NCBI GenBank assembly: GCA_052139695.1
Contig: JBKQWF010000307.1
Span: 3,996 to 67,995, forward strand
Length of the DNA stretch: 64,000 bases
Reading direction: 5' to 3'
Source: Limisphaerales bacterium
Lineage (GTDB): Bacteria; Verrucomicrobiota; Verrucomicrobiia; Limisphaerales; Palsa-1400
The position numbers and the translations under genes were made by a program. Positions 1-8,772 of the stretch are shown here, one piece after another; position 1 is the first letter of the stretch, and each line of letters begins with the position of its first letter. A model generated the notes under the pieces. It had not been told where the DNA came from. It saw only the letters and a list, made by a program, of their open reading frames with translations, and did no database searches.

Positions 1-393
1 GCCAGCGGCAATTCCGCCGGCGTTCGGCCTGAGGGCAAGCGGGCCAGCAAGGTATTGAGGAGGCGCCCCCGCACCGGCTTTCTTAAAATATGCGTGACAC
101 CGAGCAGATAGGCATCCTCTTCCCAGTCCCAGTGCGAGTCCGATACGTAAAGGAAGATAGGGCATTCCGGCAGCACTCGCCGCAGACTCTCCAGGTTGCG
201 GATGGGCTCGACCGTGGTCAAGTCCGCGTCGAAAAAGCAGACATCGATTAAAGGCGCTTTCAAGCGCAACTCCTCCTCGCGGACCTCGCTCTGCTCGATG
301 ATGCGATAATGGGTGGAATCGAGCGTCGCCCGCACCGCGGCGGCCAGGCCGGGCGTGGGAGCAATAATCAACAACGTTTTCATGTTGGAATCA
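1..393 (-). CDS. CheY-like receiver-domain protein; C-terminal part lies beyond the window start
   Basis: Absent from the ORF track because it runs off the window. Hand translation of the complement from the ATG at 391-393 gives MKTLLIIAPTPGLAAAVRATLDSTHYRIIEQSEVREEELRLKAPLIDVCFFDADLTTVEPIRNLESLRRVLPECPIFLYVSDS...THILRKP. The alternating beta/alpha pattern and the FFDADL Asp fit a receiver fold, but the usual N-terminal acidic pair is missing (IIAPTP). The start overlaps the kinase gene end (380) by 14 nt. Confidence 0.45.
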
Positions 394-2569
394 TGTTCAG
401 CCGGGAATTGGGGGACGGCGCCGCCTGGGTCTGGGCGCCCAGTCTGCTGGGCAAATCGACTTGGACGGTGGTCCCTCTCTTCTCTTTGCTGGTTATGCTC
501 AAATTGCCGCCATGGAGATGAACGATATTGCGCGCGATGGCCAGGCCGAGGCCAAATCCGCGTTTGCCGTCGCCCGTGTTCTTGGTGGTGAAATAGGGCG
601 TAAAGACTCGCTGCAAGTTCTCGGCGTTGATGCCTTCACCGTGGTCGATGACCTTGAGACGATGCCAGTCGCGGTTCAATTCAGTTTTAGGAAGCGGGGC
701 CAGTTCCACCTCGATCCTGGCGCCGCCGGGCGAGGCGTCGATGGCATTGGAAAGAAGGTTGCAGATCAGCCGTTTAATCAGCACCGCGTCCATTTCAATG
801 AGCACGTCAGAGGCGCCTTCAGCGGTAATTTGAATGTTTTTGCCCTCGGCGTTGGGCTTGACCAGGGCGATCGCTTCCCGCACCGCTTCGTCCAGGAGGC
901 CCGGCTTGCCCAGCAGTTTGGCCGAGCGGGAGAAAAAGAGCGCTTCGTTGACGTAAGTGCGGACCGTTTCGAGATTGCGCAGGCACATGGGAAGCAGTTC
1001 ATCAATCGTGGCCTGGTTCAAGCGCGTTTCCTGCAAGAGCTGCAACAAGGTCTGAGCGGGAGTGAGCAGATTATTCAAATCATGCGCCAGGCCGCGGGAC
1101 ATCCGCCCCAAGAGGTCCTGTTCGTGGACGACCTGCAATTGCTGCCGGAGGCGGATTTGATTCAACAACAATCCGAGGTTGGACGACATATCGACCAGCA
1201 GCCGCAGGTCGTGCGGAGTGAAGAGGTCGCCGCTGTCCTTGGCCCCCAGCAACATCATGCCGATCAAATCGTCGGCCACAAAGAAGGGCAGACAGATTTC
1301 CGGTTCAAAGCTTTTCAGTTGTTCGCGGGCCTGCCGTTCCAAGGGCGATTCGCGCTCCGCCTCATAAAAATTGCAGGAAAGAAATTTTGCCCGCGTTTGT
1401 TGGAAATAGCGGAAAACGGGTGAAGCTACCTGCAGGTCGGGCAGCGCGCTGTCGGTTTGTGCCGGGTGCGAGTAGTAGAGCTTGAAAGCATGGGTGGTGT
1501 CGTCCAATAAAATGATCTGGTAGCTGCGCATCTTCATCGTCCCCACCAGCAGTTCCTGCAGCTCGTGCAGCAAGTACTGCGGTTCGGGATAGGAACGCAT
1601 CGTCTGGATCAAGGCCTGGACCCTGGCATGATATTCAAAGCGATCACCCAGAATTTGCCGTTCCAGTTTATCGCTGCCCCGGCCAAAGAACTGTGGAAAA
1701 AACAGCCCTGCCACCAACCCGCTGACAAAGAGCACTCCCATCGCCGCTCCGAAGGAAAACGGGGTAAACGATTTGGCCGGCGCCAGGCGCGAAATAAGCA
1801 ATAAGAGGAGGAAACCCACCAACATCATGAACAGGAGCCGCACGATTTGCGCGGCCAGCCGGCTGAGAGTCACGTGAATATCCAAAAGCCGGTGTTGCAG
1901 GACCCCGTAGCCAATAATGAGGACGTAAAAAACCGCGGCCAAGCTCCCCATCGGATAGAATTTGACGTTGATCAGAGGATAATTCTCCATGCCCATGATG
2001 GGCATCAAATCATTGGTTCCAAATATCCAGAGCCCCACAATGGCCAGCAACAGCGCGCGCAAGCGGGTTCGCTGCATCGGCGGCACCTCCTTTTGTTTGC
2101 GATAGAGCATGCGCACCAACGCCACCGTGATGAACACGTAAGCCACGCTAAAGACATAGAATCCCAGTCCAGCTATTGACCAATAACCCACGTCGAGTGG
2201 TTGAACGCCGCTGATGAATTGGCCAAAACACAGGCTGACGGCGAAACCGATGTGGATCAGATACAAGGCCGGGATGACCCATTTTCTCCGGGCCTGCGCG
2301 ATGAGCCAGCACAGGTGAAAGAGCGTCACAGGCATGAAAATGACCCCCAACTGCAGGACATTGGCCCACTTCCGCGCCTCGATGTCGCCAATGCCATCCT
2401 GGCTCAAGTGGTAAACCCCCAGGTTCCATAGCGTCACGGAAATGCCCCATCCCAGATAAACCCGGTGCAACGTGGAACGAAAGTCCCGCGACAACACCAG
2501 AATAGTCAAGACAACGTTCAGGATTGTTGCGGCCAGGGCGGTAACTCGGATGACAGCCAGTGTATCCAC
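380..2569 (-). CDS. Membrane sensor histidine kinase (multi-TM N-terminal domain, GAF-like middle, HisKA + HATPase_c)
   Basis: 729-aa ORF with a GTG start. The first ~290 aa contain about seven hydrophobic helices. Motifs: H-box SRGLAHDLNNLLTP, N-box CNLLSNAIDAS, DHGEGI, G-box GFGLGLAIARNIVHLHGG. Confidence 0.9.
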   Translation of the reverse strand: MDTLAVIRVTALAATILNVVLTILVLSRDFRSTLHRVYLGWGISVTLWNLGVYHLSQDGIGDIEARKWANVLQLGVIFMPVTLFHLCWLIAQARRKWVIPALYLIHIGFAVSLCFGQFISGVQPLDVGYWSIAGLGFYVFSVAYVFITVALVRMLYRKQKEVPPMQRTRLRALLLAIVGLWIFGTNDLMPIMGMENYPLINVKFYPMGSLAAVFYVLIIGYGVLQHRLLDIHVTLSRLAAQIVRLLFMMLVGFLLLLLISRLAPAKSFTPFSFGAAMGVLFVSGLVAGLFFPQFFGRGSDKLERQILGDRFEYHARVQALIQTMRSYPEPQYLLHELQELLVGTMKMRSYQIILLDDTTHAFKLYYSHPAQTDSALPDLQVASPVFRYFQQTRAKFLSCNFYEAERESPLERQAREQLKSFEPEICLPFFVADDLIGMMLLGAKDSGDLFTPHDLRLLVDMSSNLGLLLNQIRLRQQLQVVHEQDLLGRMSRGLAHDLNNLLTPAQTLLQLLQETRLNQATIDELLPMCLRNLETVRTYVNEALFFSRSAKLLGKPGLLDEAVREAIALVKPNAEGKNIQITAEGASDVLIEMDAVLIKRLICNLLSNAIDASPGGARIEVELAPLPKTELNRDWHRLKVIDHGEGINAENLQRVFTPYFTTKNTGDGKRGFGLGLAIARNIVHLHGGNLSITSKEKRGTTVQVDLPSRLGAQTQAAPSPNSRLNMIPT

Positions 2570-2573
2570 CTTG

Positions 2574-3821
2574 TCAATACTTCTTTAACACCAGGCACGC
2601 GTAACGCCCGCCAAACCCCGCGTTCAGATTAAGTCCAACCCGCGTCGGATAGGACCGCGCCGTGCCGGGGACATAGTCCAGGTCGCAGGCGGGGTCGGGT
2701 TTTTGCAGATTGATGGTCGGCGGGATTTCCTGCCGGGCCAGCGCCAGCGCGCAAATCATCGTTTCAATCGCTCCCGACGCGCCCATGAGGTGCCCCGTCA
2801 CGGGCTTGGTCGCGCTGATGGCCAGGCGCCTGGCGTGCTCACGGAAAACTGTTTTGATGGCGCGCGTTTCGATGGGGTCGTTTAAAGGCGTCGCCGAGCC
2901 GTGCGCGTTAATGTAACCGACTTCCGTTGGATTCACTCTGGCATGGCGCAAAGCTTTTTCCATCGCCCGCACGTAACCAATGCCGTCAGGATGCGGGTCG
3001 GTGGCATGATAGGCCTCGCAACTGCGGCCGTGGCCGGCGATTTCCGCGTAAACGCGCGCCCCCCGTCCCAAGGCATGCGCTAGCTCCTCCAAAACAAAAA
3101 AGGCCGAGCCTTCTCCGATCACAAAACCATCGCGGGTGCGGTCGAAAGGCCGCATGGCTTCTCCCGGTTCGCCGCCCTGTTCCGTCATGGCGCGAACCCG
3201 GCAAAAACCCACATGCAACATTTCCATGGTCTCTTCGGCGCCGCCTGCCACCACCACATCCACGTCATCGTTTTGAATCATGCTGGCGGCGTAGCCAACG
3301 GCGTCATTTCCAGAAGCACAACCGGAACAATAAGTGACCGCGTGACCATGAATGCCGAGGTGCAGGCTGATGGTGCTGCTGCCTTCTCCGCAATAGCCGG
3401 CGACGACATTGTAAGGATGCAACGCGCGAAAGTTTCCATCGTGCGAGACATAACTGTCGCGCGCTTTGATAATGCTCTCCGCCCCGCTGATGGTCGTGCC
3501 TTCCACCACGCCGACGCGGTCCGGGTCGATGGCGTGGAGATCAAGGCCTGAATCTTTGACCGCGAGAGTAGCCGCGGCCACCCCGTATTGGATAGTCAAG
3601 TCGAACCGGCCGGGCTTACGGCTGACGACGTATTTGGAAACATCGAAATCCTTAACTTCGGCCGCGATTTTTACCGGAAGTTTGCTGGCGTCGAAGCGGC
3701 TGACCGGGCCGGCCGCGCTGTGGCCGTCGCGGACATTGGCCCAGAAGGTGTTCAAATCCTTGCCGCTCGGCGCAATGACCCCCATTCCGGTAATCACGAC
3801 CCGTCGTTCGGGGAAGTTCAT
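2574..3821 (-). CDS. Beta-ketoacyl-ACP synthase, KAS I/II (FabF-like), stand-alone
   Basis: The track ORF is 2574-3902. I start it at the internal ATG (complement of 3819-3821, MNFPERRVVITGMGVIAPSG), the canonical KAS N-terminus. Cys box YCSGCASG; His boxes NAHGSATPLND and KPVTGHLMGASG. The stop lies 4 nt before the kinase GTG start. Confidence 0.85.
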   Translation of the reverse strand: MNFPERRVVITGMGVIAPSGKDLNTFWANVRDGHSAAGPVSRFDASKLPVKIAAEVKDFDVSKYVVSRKPGRFDLTIQYGVAAATLAVKDSGLDLHAIDPDRVGVVEGTTISGAESIIKARDSYVSHDGNFRALHPYNVVAGYCGEGSSTISLHLGIHGHAVTYCSGCASGNDAVGYAASMIQNDDVDVVVAGGAEETMEMLHVGFCRVRAMTEQGGEPGEAMRPFDRTRDGFVIGEGSAFFVLEELAHALGRGARVYAEIAGHGRSCEAYHATDPHPDGIGYVRAMEKALRHARVNPTEVGYINAHGSATPLNDPIETRAIKTVFREHARRLAISATKPVTGHLMGASGAIETMICALALARQEIPPTINLQKPDPACDLDYVPGTARSYPTRVGLNLNAGFGGRYACLVLKKY

Positions 3822-4100
3822 GGGTATGCAGGTTCTGTCAAATGCCGCGTGGTCTCTTGCTGAAGATGATCTGTCAAATGATGTAGGATGCGGGCACGGC
3901 ATTCCGCTGCCAGATGTGGATCTTCCATTGGTTGCCCCGCCCTGATCTCCATCTTTTTATGGCAAGCCCCTTTTGTTGAGACTATCGGCGCCTCGCCAAC
4001 TGGACTCATTGAGTCAATATCTAAAGCATCGGGGCAAAACCTACAACTCAATTTCGCGCCCTTTTTTTTGGGCCGCCAGCGGCGGCGGGCCGCTGTTCGT

Positions 4101-5036
4101 TTACAAGGCAAAAATCGTGTCCAGTTTCTGCGAAACCTGGGCGAGGCGCGTCGGCGCGTCAACCCCTTTGGGCGAGTAGGCCGGCTCGGCTGTTCCCCAG
4201 CCATTGTAGCCGACTTCATCCAGTGCTTTCATCACCTCCGGCCAATTATTGTCGCCTTCCAAGTACTCAACCTCAAATCCCTTCCATAAGCCTTCCTCAT
4301 TGCGCTTTTTGCGGCTGAATTCCTTGATATGCAACTTGTGAATGCGCCCGCCCAGAATCCGGATCCACTGCTCCGGCCAGCCGATATTGATGACGTTGCC
4401 GACGTCAAAGTGCCAGCTCATGGCCGGGCTGTGCAGTTGGTCGATGTAGGCCGCCGCCTCCAGCGGGCTGAGGTGCAGTTGGTTCCAAACATTTTCAATG
4501 GCGATTTTGACCCCAAGGTCTTCCGCCAACCCAAGGACTTTTTTGATTTCTGCTTGAGAACGGGCATAAGCTTGATCGTAGGAAATGCGCTCATTGACCA
4601 CCGCCGGCACAAGCAGGACCGAGGTGGCCCCATACGCTTTGCAATCGCGCAAGGAGATTTTCAATCCTTCCAAACCCGCGGCGCGGACGGCGGGATCGGG
4701 GTCGCCCAAGGTCTTTTGCCAATGTACGGAATCGACCACGCTGGCAATGGTCAAGCCCGAGGCATCCCTTCCTTTTAAGAATTCCTCCTGATTCATCCCG
4801 CTGGGCACTTCCACTCCATCAAAGCCTGCTTGCGCGATGAGTTTGAACTTTTCCGTCACCCCCATATTGCCTCCCGCCGATTCCCACATGATCCCTTTTT
4901 TTATGGGCCGTTTCTTGACTGAATCTGCTCCGCTTGAGGCCAAGGGCAAGGTGACGGCGGACATGGCCCCAAGCGCTCCACCTGCCAAAGCCGATTTTTT
5001 CAGGAATTCACGCCGGGACGTCAAAGGAGAGTTCAT
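4101..5036 (-). CDS. Secreted (Tat-signal) sugar phosphate isomerase/epimerase, xylose-isomerase-like TIM barrel
   Basis: 311 aa. Twin-arginine leader TSRREFLKKSALAGGALGAMS. TIM-barrel family blocks include GFDGVE, KIAIENVWN and WHFDVGN. Confidence 0.75.
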   Translation of the reverse strand: MNSPLTSRREFLKKSALAGGALGAMSAVTLPLASSGADSVKKRPIKKGIMWESAGGNMGVTEKFKLIAQAGFDGVEVPSGMNQEEFLKGRDASGLTIASVVDSVHWQKTLGDPDPAVRAAGLEGLKISLRDCKAYGATSVLLVPAVVNERISYDQAYARSQAEIKKVLGLAEDLGVKIAIENVWNQLHLSPLEAAAYIDQLHSPAMSWHFDVGNVINIGWPEQWIRILGGRIHKLHIKEFSRKKRNEEGLWKGFEVEYLEGDNNWPEVMKALDEVGYNGWGTAEPAYSPKGVDAPTRLAQVSQKLDTIFAL

Positions 5037-5063
5037 AATGCGGAAAGCAAATACTGTTTCCTC

Positions 5064-6047
5064 TTAAGCGTCAACGCCGATCTTCCGGCAGAGAAAGACG
5101 CCTTCCTCTTCGGAAGGCGTGACCCATTGCTCCAGAACGACAATCTGCCGCGCCCGCAACAATCGCTGGACTTGAGCGGGAGTGTAACGAAAGGAAAAAA
5201 AGAGGCGGAGCGATTCGCCGCCGTCAAATTCAATCTGTTCCCCCTCCACGTAGAATGCCCGTTGCCGATGAAAGCGAAAATCCGCCGCTATCCGCCGCAG
5301 TCCGGACGCTTCTTCGATGTAGAGCTCAAGGACGCCGTCACTCCGCTCGATGCCAAGGTCGGTGACAAAGGCCAGCAACCACTCACGGGTTTCGCGATTG
5401 TCATACCCGCAAAAGACCCGTTCCACTCCGGCGTCATAGCTGGGGCCAGGCGCCAGATTGGCGCTGAAAAGAAGAAGGTCGCCCTCCCGTAGCAACGCGC
5501 ACAATTTGGCCATGATCAGGTCTGGTTCGAAATTAGGAATGATGCCGAAGAAGGTGAAAAGGCAGGCTCGGTGGCGCGGCTCAATCTCATCGAAAACGTG
5601 CGCCAAATCATCGGCCATTGCCAAGTCGCACAGGAGTGGGCGGCAAACTTTGGCCATCCCTTCCGCCTGTTGCGCGGAAGTGATAACCAGGGGCAAACTG
5701 GCATCGCACGGCGTATAAGAGATGGCTTCGCCTTGCCCGGCCAGCACGGCCAAAAGCCGCCCTTCTTTTTGGCCGCCGCCGCAACCCAATCCGATGAGGC
5801 GCATCGGGCCCTGGGGCAGGAGTTTGGCGGCGGCGTGGTAACTCCGATCGTAGATGGCGGTGGCTTCCGGGTCATTCCGCGCCGGCGAGAAAGCCTCGTG
5901 CAGCGCGAGCCATTTGGCCGCCTGCTGCCGGCTTTCATAAAGGTACTTTGGCGGGATGCGGCGGGAGCGCAGCCCTTCGAGCAGGCCGCGCTGGACGGCG
6001 TCAGGAAATTGGCTGGCGTGGACGATCACGGGCAAGGTCGTTGGCAT
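5064..6047 (-). CDS. SAM-dependent methyltransferase, EgtD / Methyltransf_33-like
   Basis: 327 aa. Ordered blocks IPPKYLY, LGCGGGQKE (SAM motif I), FFGIIPNFEP, LLLFSANL and FSFRYTP match the block order I recall for histidine N-alpha-methyltransferase EgtD. Confidence 0.6.
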   Translation of the reverse strand: MPTTLPVIVHASQFPDAVQRGLLEGLRSRRIPPKYLYESRQQAAKWLALHEAFSPARNDPEATAIYDRSYHAAAKLLPQGPMRLIGLGCGGGQKEGRLLAVLAGQGEAISYTPCDASLPLVITSAQQAEGMAKVCRPLLCDLAMADDLAHVFDEIEPRHRACLFTFFGIIPNFEPDLIMAKLCALLREGDLLLFSANLAPGPSYDAGVERVFCGYDNRETREWLLAFVTDLGIERSDGVLELYIEEASGLRRIAADFRFHRQRAFYVEGEQIEFDGGESLRLFFSFRYTPAQVQRLLRARQIVVLEQWVTPSEEEGVFLCRKIGVDA

Positions 6048-6128
6048 AGGTGGACGATGCTACGGTCCGAGGGAGGAACTTTCCAGCACTGCGTTGACTT
6101 GCAGCCCATCGACCGCCATATTTGCGCT

Positions 6129-6881
6129 ATGAGTTTCGATATTTCGGCCCTGCTGGATCAGTGGGACTATCAGCCGGGCCAGGTCGTGGTCAGGCGTTTC
6201 CGCGGCAAAGATGGAGCGGACAAAATACAACTCCGCGTGGACCTGGGGCTTTTGCAAATGAACGCCAAAGGCCGGCCTGATGGCAAGAGACCCTACGGGC
6301 GGGAATCCCTCTTGGAATATTACCTCGACCTTTTGGAAAAATTCCGGCGCGAGCACGAACAGGATGACAAATCCTATCGTTTGACGCCTGAGGATTGCGC
6401 CCGGTTGCAACAGGAGGCCATCCAATATCATCACCGTTACATCTGCCTGTTTCAGTTGGAGGATTTCAATGCCGTCATTGAGGACGCCAATCGCAATCTC
6501 AAAGTATTTGACTTCGTCGGCAAATACGCCGGGTCGGAAGAGCTGGCATGGTCCCTCCAGCAATTTCGACCGCAATTGTTGATGATGCGTGTCCGGGCTC
6601 GCGGCGCCATCGCGCTCAAAGATAATCGCTATGATGAAGTCGTTCGCCTGGTTAACGAGGGACTTGAAGAGATTCGCCAGTTCTACCGCGATTACGACCG
6701 CCCGGACTTGCTCGAAAACAGCGGGGAAGTCCAATCGCTGGAACTTTGGCTTCAGGAGATCAATAGCAAACGGCCCCTGAGCGCCCGGGAAAAACTGGAA
6801 AGCGCGCTGAACGAAGCGGTCAAGAACGAGAACTACGAAGAAGCGGCGCGGGTGCGGGATGCTCTTAAGAAAATGAGCTAA
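6129..6881 (+). CDS. UVR (UvrB/UvrC motif) domain-containing protein, function unknown
   Basis: The track ORF is 5571-6881, but its first 186 codons are antisense to the methyltransferase gene. The internal ATG at 6129 (MSFDISALLDQWDY) gives 250 aa. C-terminal UVR motif: EKLESALNEAVKNENYEEAARVRDALKKM. Confidence 0.7.
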   Translation: MSFDISALLDQWDYQPGQVVVRRFRGKDGADKIQLRVDLGLLQMNAKGRPDGKRPYGRESLLEYYLDLLEKFRREHEQDDKSYRLTPEDCARLQQEAIQYHHRYICLFQLEDFNAVIEDANRNLKVFDFVGKYAGSEELAWSLQQFRPQLLMMRVRARGAIALKDNRYDEVVRLVNEGLEEIRQFYRDYDRPDLLENSGEVQSLELWLQEINSKRPLSAREKLESALNEAVKNENYEEAARVRDALKKMS

Positions 6882-6896
6882 AGGACCCTGCGCGGC

Positions 6897-7469
6897 TTAT
6901 TTTTTGGAGGGGCCGACAAAGACGACCCGAAAATCCTTCGCCGCAGGAGTCGGAGCTGTCGCCGCGATGGTGGAAGTTTCACGGGCGCGGAGCGTCCAAT
7001 CCAAAAAGCCGTTGTTGGCGAACGGCAGCACGTCTCCGTTTGCGTTCAACCATTCAATGGCATAGCGGAAGGGCACGGACGCGTCACTTCGATTCTCCAC
7101 ATCGACCTGGATTTTCAAATAACCTTCGGAGCCGGTTGTGTATTGAACCTTGGCGGCGTGAAGGGCCTGGCTGATCGAGGAAGCAAAGAGGGTCCGGTTG
7201 TCCTTCGCAGGCGCCTGCGCGGTTGGCTGCCGCGGGGGACGGGCGGCGGGTTGTTGGGGCGGCGAAAGGACAACAGGCTCCGGGAGCGGCGGTGCGGCGC
7301 TGGGTTGGTCCGGCGGACGAGCCGAGAGAGGAGTGGCAAGGGAGGGAGGCTCGTTCTGATTGCCTGGTGATGAGCAGCCTGTGGCGGCCAGCCAGGCCAA
7401 GCAAAGCAACGCGGCGCACTTCTTGCCGAACAATTTCCAAAACTCATGGCGCGGTGGATAATAGAACAT
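6897..7469 (-). CDS. Lipoprotein with Pro-rich linker and YcfL/DUF1425-like C-terminal domain
   Basis: 190 aa. Lipobox LAATGC, a long P/A/Q-rich linker, and a C-terminal beta-rich block LKIQVDVENRSDASVPFRYAIEWLNANGDVL typical of YcfL-family lipoproteins. Confidence 0.6.
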   Translation of the reverse strand: MFYYPPRHEFWKLFGKKCAALLCLAWLAATGCSSPGNQNEPPSLATPLSARPPDQPSAAPPLPEPVVLSPPQQPAARPPRQPTAQAPAKDNRTLFASSISQALHAAKVQYTTGSEGYLKIQVDVENRSDASVPFRYAIEWLNANGDVLPFANNGFLDWTLRARETSTIAATAPTPAAKDFRVVFVGPSKK

Positions 7470-7594
7470 GGCGTTGCTTCAGCGCGGACAAGCTGCCTGA
7501 AACGGCGAAGAACGCAACCTGGTAAAGTTTCCTGATATGCGCTTGCGATTTATAAGGCGCCAGAGGTGTTTGTCCTGATACAATCAACTCAGCT

Positions 7595-8494
7595 ATGCGT
7601 TATCGTATCCTTGGCGAAAGTGGATTGCGTTTGTCCGTCATTGGAGTCGGCACCTGGCAATTGGGTGGAGAATGGGGCCGGGATTTTTCTCAAAACGAGA
7701 CCGATGCCATGCTCGATGAAGCGGCCGCTGCACGAATGAATTTTATCGACACCGCTGAATGTTATGGCGATCACACGGCCGAAAAACTGGTGGGCGATTA
7801 CCTTTCCCGGCGTGACCGTTCCCGCTGGATCATCGCCACAAAATTCGGCCATCGCTTCCGCGGTTTTATGGAGAGGGATGATGCTTTCGGCGCGAACGAG
7901 ATGCGTGAACAACTGCAAGCTTCGCTTCTTGCCCTGCGGATTGATTCCATCGACCTCTACCAATTTCATTCCGGTTCGGATGCAGTCTTTCAGAATGACG
8001 CATTATGGGCGGCATTGGCGAAAGAGAAGCAGGATGGGACCATCCGCCACCTTGGCATTTCGATTTTGGGCAAAGGCAGCGAATTGCAGGCGCGCGAGGC
8101 CTGCCAGCGCGGCGCGGAGGCTTTGCAAATTGTTTATAACCGCCTGGATCGACGCGCGGAGCGGCTTTATTTTCCGCATGCTCAACGCGAAGGCCTCGGT
8201 CTCCTGGCCCGCGTCCCGCTGGCGAGCGGCCTTCTCAGCGGCAAATATAGGTCCGGCACCACCTTTGCGCCCAATGACGTGCGGGCCCGGTTTGACGCCG
8301 CGAAAATGCAGCGCGATATCGCTGAAGCAGAACAGATTGCTGCCCAGGAGGTGCCTGCCGGCGTTCCGATGTCGCAATGGGCCTTGGCTTGGTGTTTGCG
8401 CGACCCGTTGGTCACGGCGGTCATTCCCGGATCAAAAACCCCCGCTCAAATCCGCGCCAACGCCTCCGCGTCCGATTTGGTGGAAGATCGGTGA
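7595..8494 (+). CDS. Aldo/keto reductase family oxidoreductase
   Basis: 299 aa. Motifs: MRYRILGESGLRLSVIGVGTWQLGG, IDTAECYG, and IPGSKTPAQIRAN near the C-terminus. Confidence 0.9.
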   Translation: MRYRILGESGLRLSVIGVGTWQLGGEWGRDFSQNETDAMLDEAAAARMNFIDTAECYGDHTAEKLVGDYLSRRDRSRWIIATKFGHRFRGFMERDDAFGANEMREQLQASLLALRIDSIDLYQFHSGSDAVFQNDALWAALAKEKQDGTIRHLGISILGKGSELQAREACQRGAEALQIVYNRLDRRAERLYFPHAQREGLGLLARVPLASGLLSGKYRSGTTFAPNDVRARFDAAKMQRDIAEAEQIAAQEVPAGVPMSQWALAWCLRDPLVTAVIPGSKTPAQIRANASASDLVEDR

Positions 8495-8540
8495 GCCGTT
8501 TGCTAGGCGTTGCAGCCCCACGTGACTGGCGGAAAGAATC

Positions 8541-8723
8541 ATGGAAAGCATTGACGATTATGTGACGCCTGAGTTGGAGACAGCTTGGAACGATGAAATC
8601 GGGCGACGCGTAAAGGAAATCCAATCCGGCTCGGAAAAAGGGATTCCAGCCGAGGATGTTATGAAAGAGGCTCGCCGCGCATTAAATGAAACCCGTCGCC
8701 TGCCATCGGCTCGCCGCAAGTGA
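8541..8723 (+). CDS. Short addiction-module antitoxin-like protein (TIGR02574-type), probably N-terminally truncated
   Basis: 60 aa. ELETAWNDEIGRRVKEIQSGSEKGIPAEDVMKEARRAL matches the AW..E...R......G C-terminal half of this antitoxin family. The usual N-terminal LS..ER helix is absent, and an in-frame stop lies at 8523. Confidence 0.5.
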   Translation: MESIDDYVTPELETAWNDEIGRRVKEIQSGSEKGIPAEDVMKEARRALNETRRLPSARRK

Positions 8724-8772
8724 ACTGATCAAGTCGGCGAAATTCTTTCAGAAATCGCGTGCCGGGCTTTAG
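8686..8772 (+). pseudogene. 28-codon remnant of a ParE/RelE-family toxin N-terminus
   Basis: Hand translation from the ATG at 8686 gives MKPVACHRLAASELIKSAKFFQKSRAGL then a stop. It resembles the conserved toxin start (M.PV.FHP.A..EL.EAA.YY....PGLG). It overlaps the antitoxin 3' end in the usual way and is cut off where the adk 3' end begins. Confidence 0.5.

Noticed and set aside
4040-4090. T8 tract (4062-4069) next to the small hairpin gccgcc-agc-ggcggc, considered as a terminator
   Set aside because: On the + strand the U-run precedes the stem. On the minus strand, downstream of the TIM-barrel gene, the stem is followed by an A-run. Neither orientation fits an intrinsic terminator.
5571-6128. 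The N-terminal 186 codons of track ORF 5571-6881 (+)
   Set aside because: This stretch is entirely antisense to the well-supported EgtD-like methyltransferase gene and has no motif content. The recognisable protein starts at the internal ATG at 6129.
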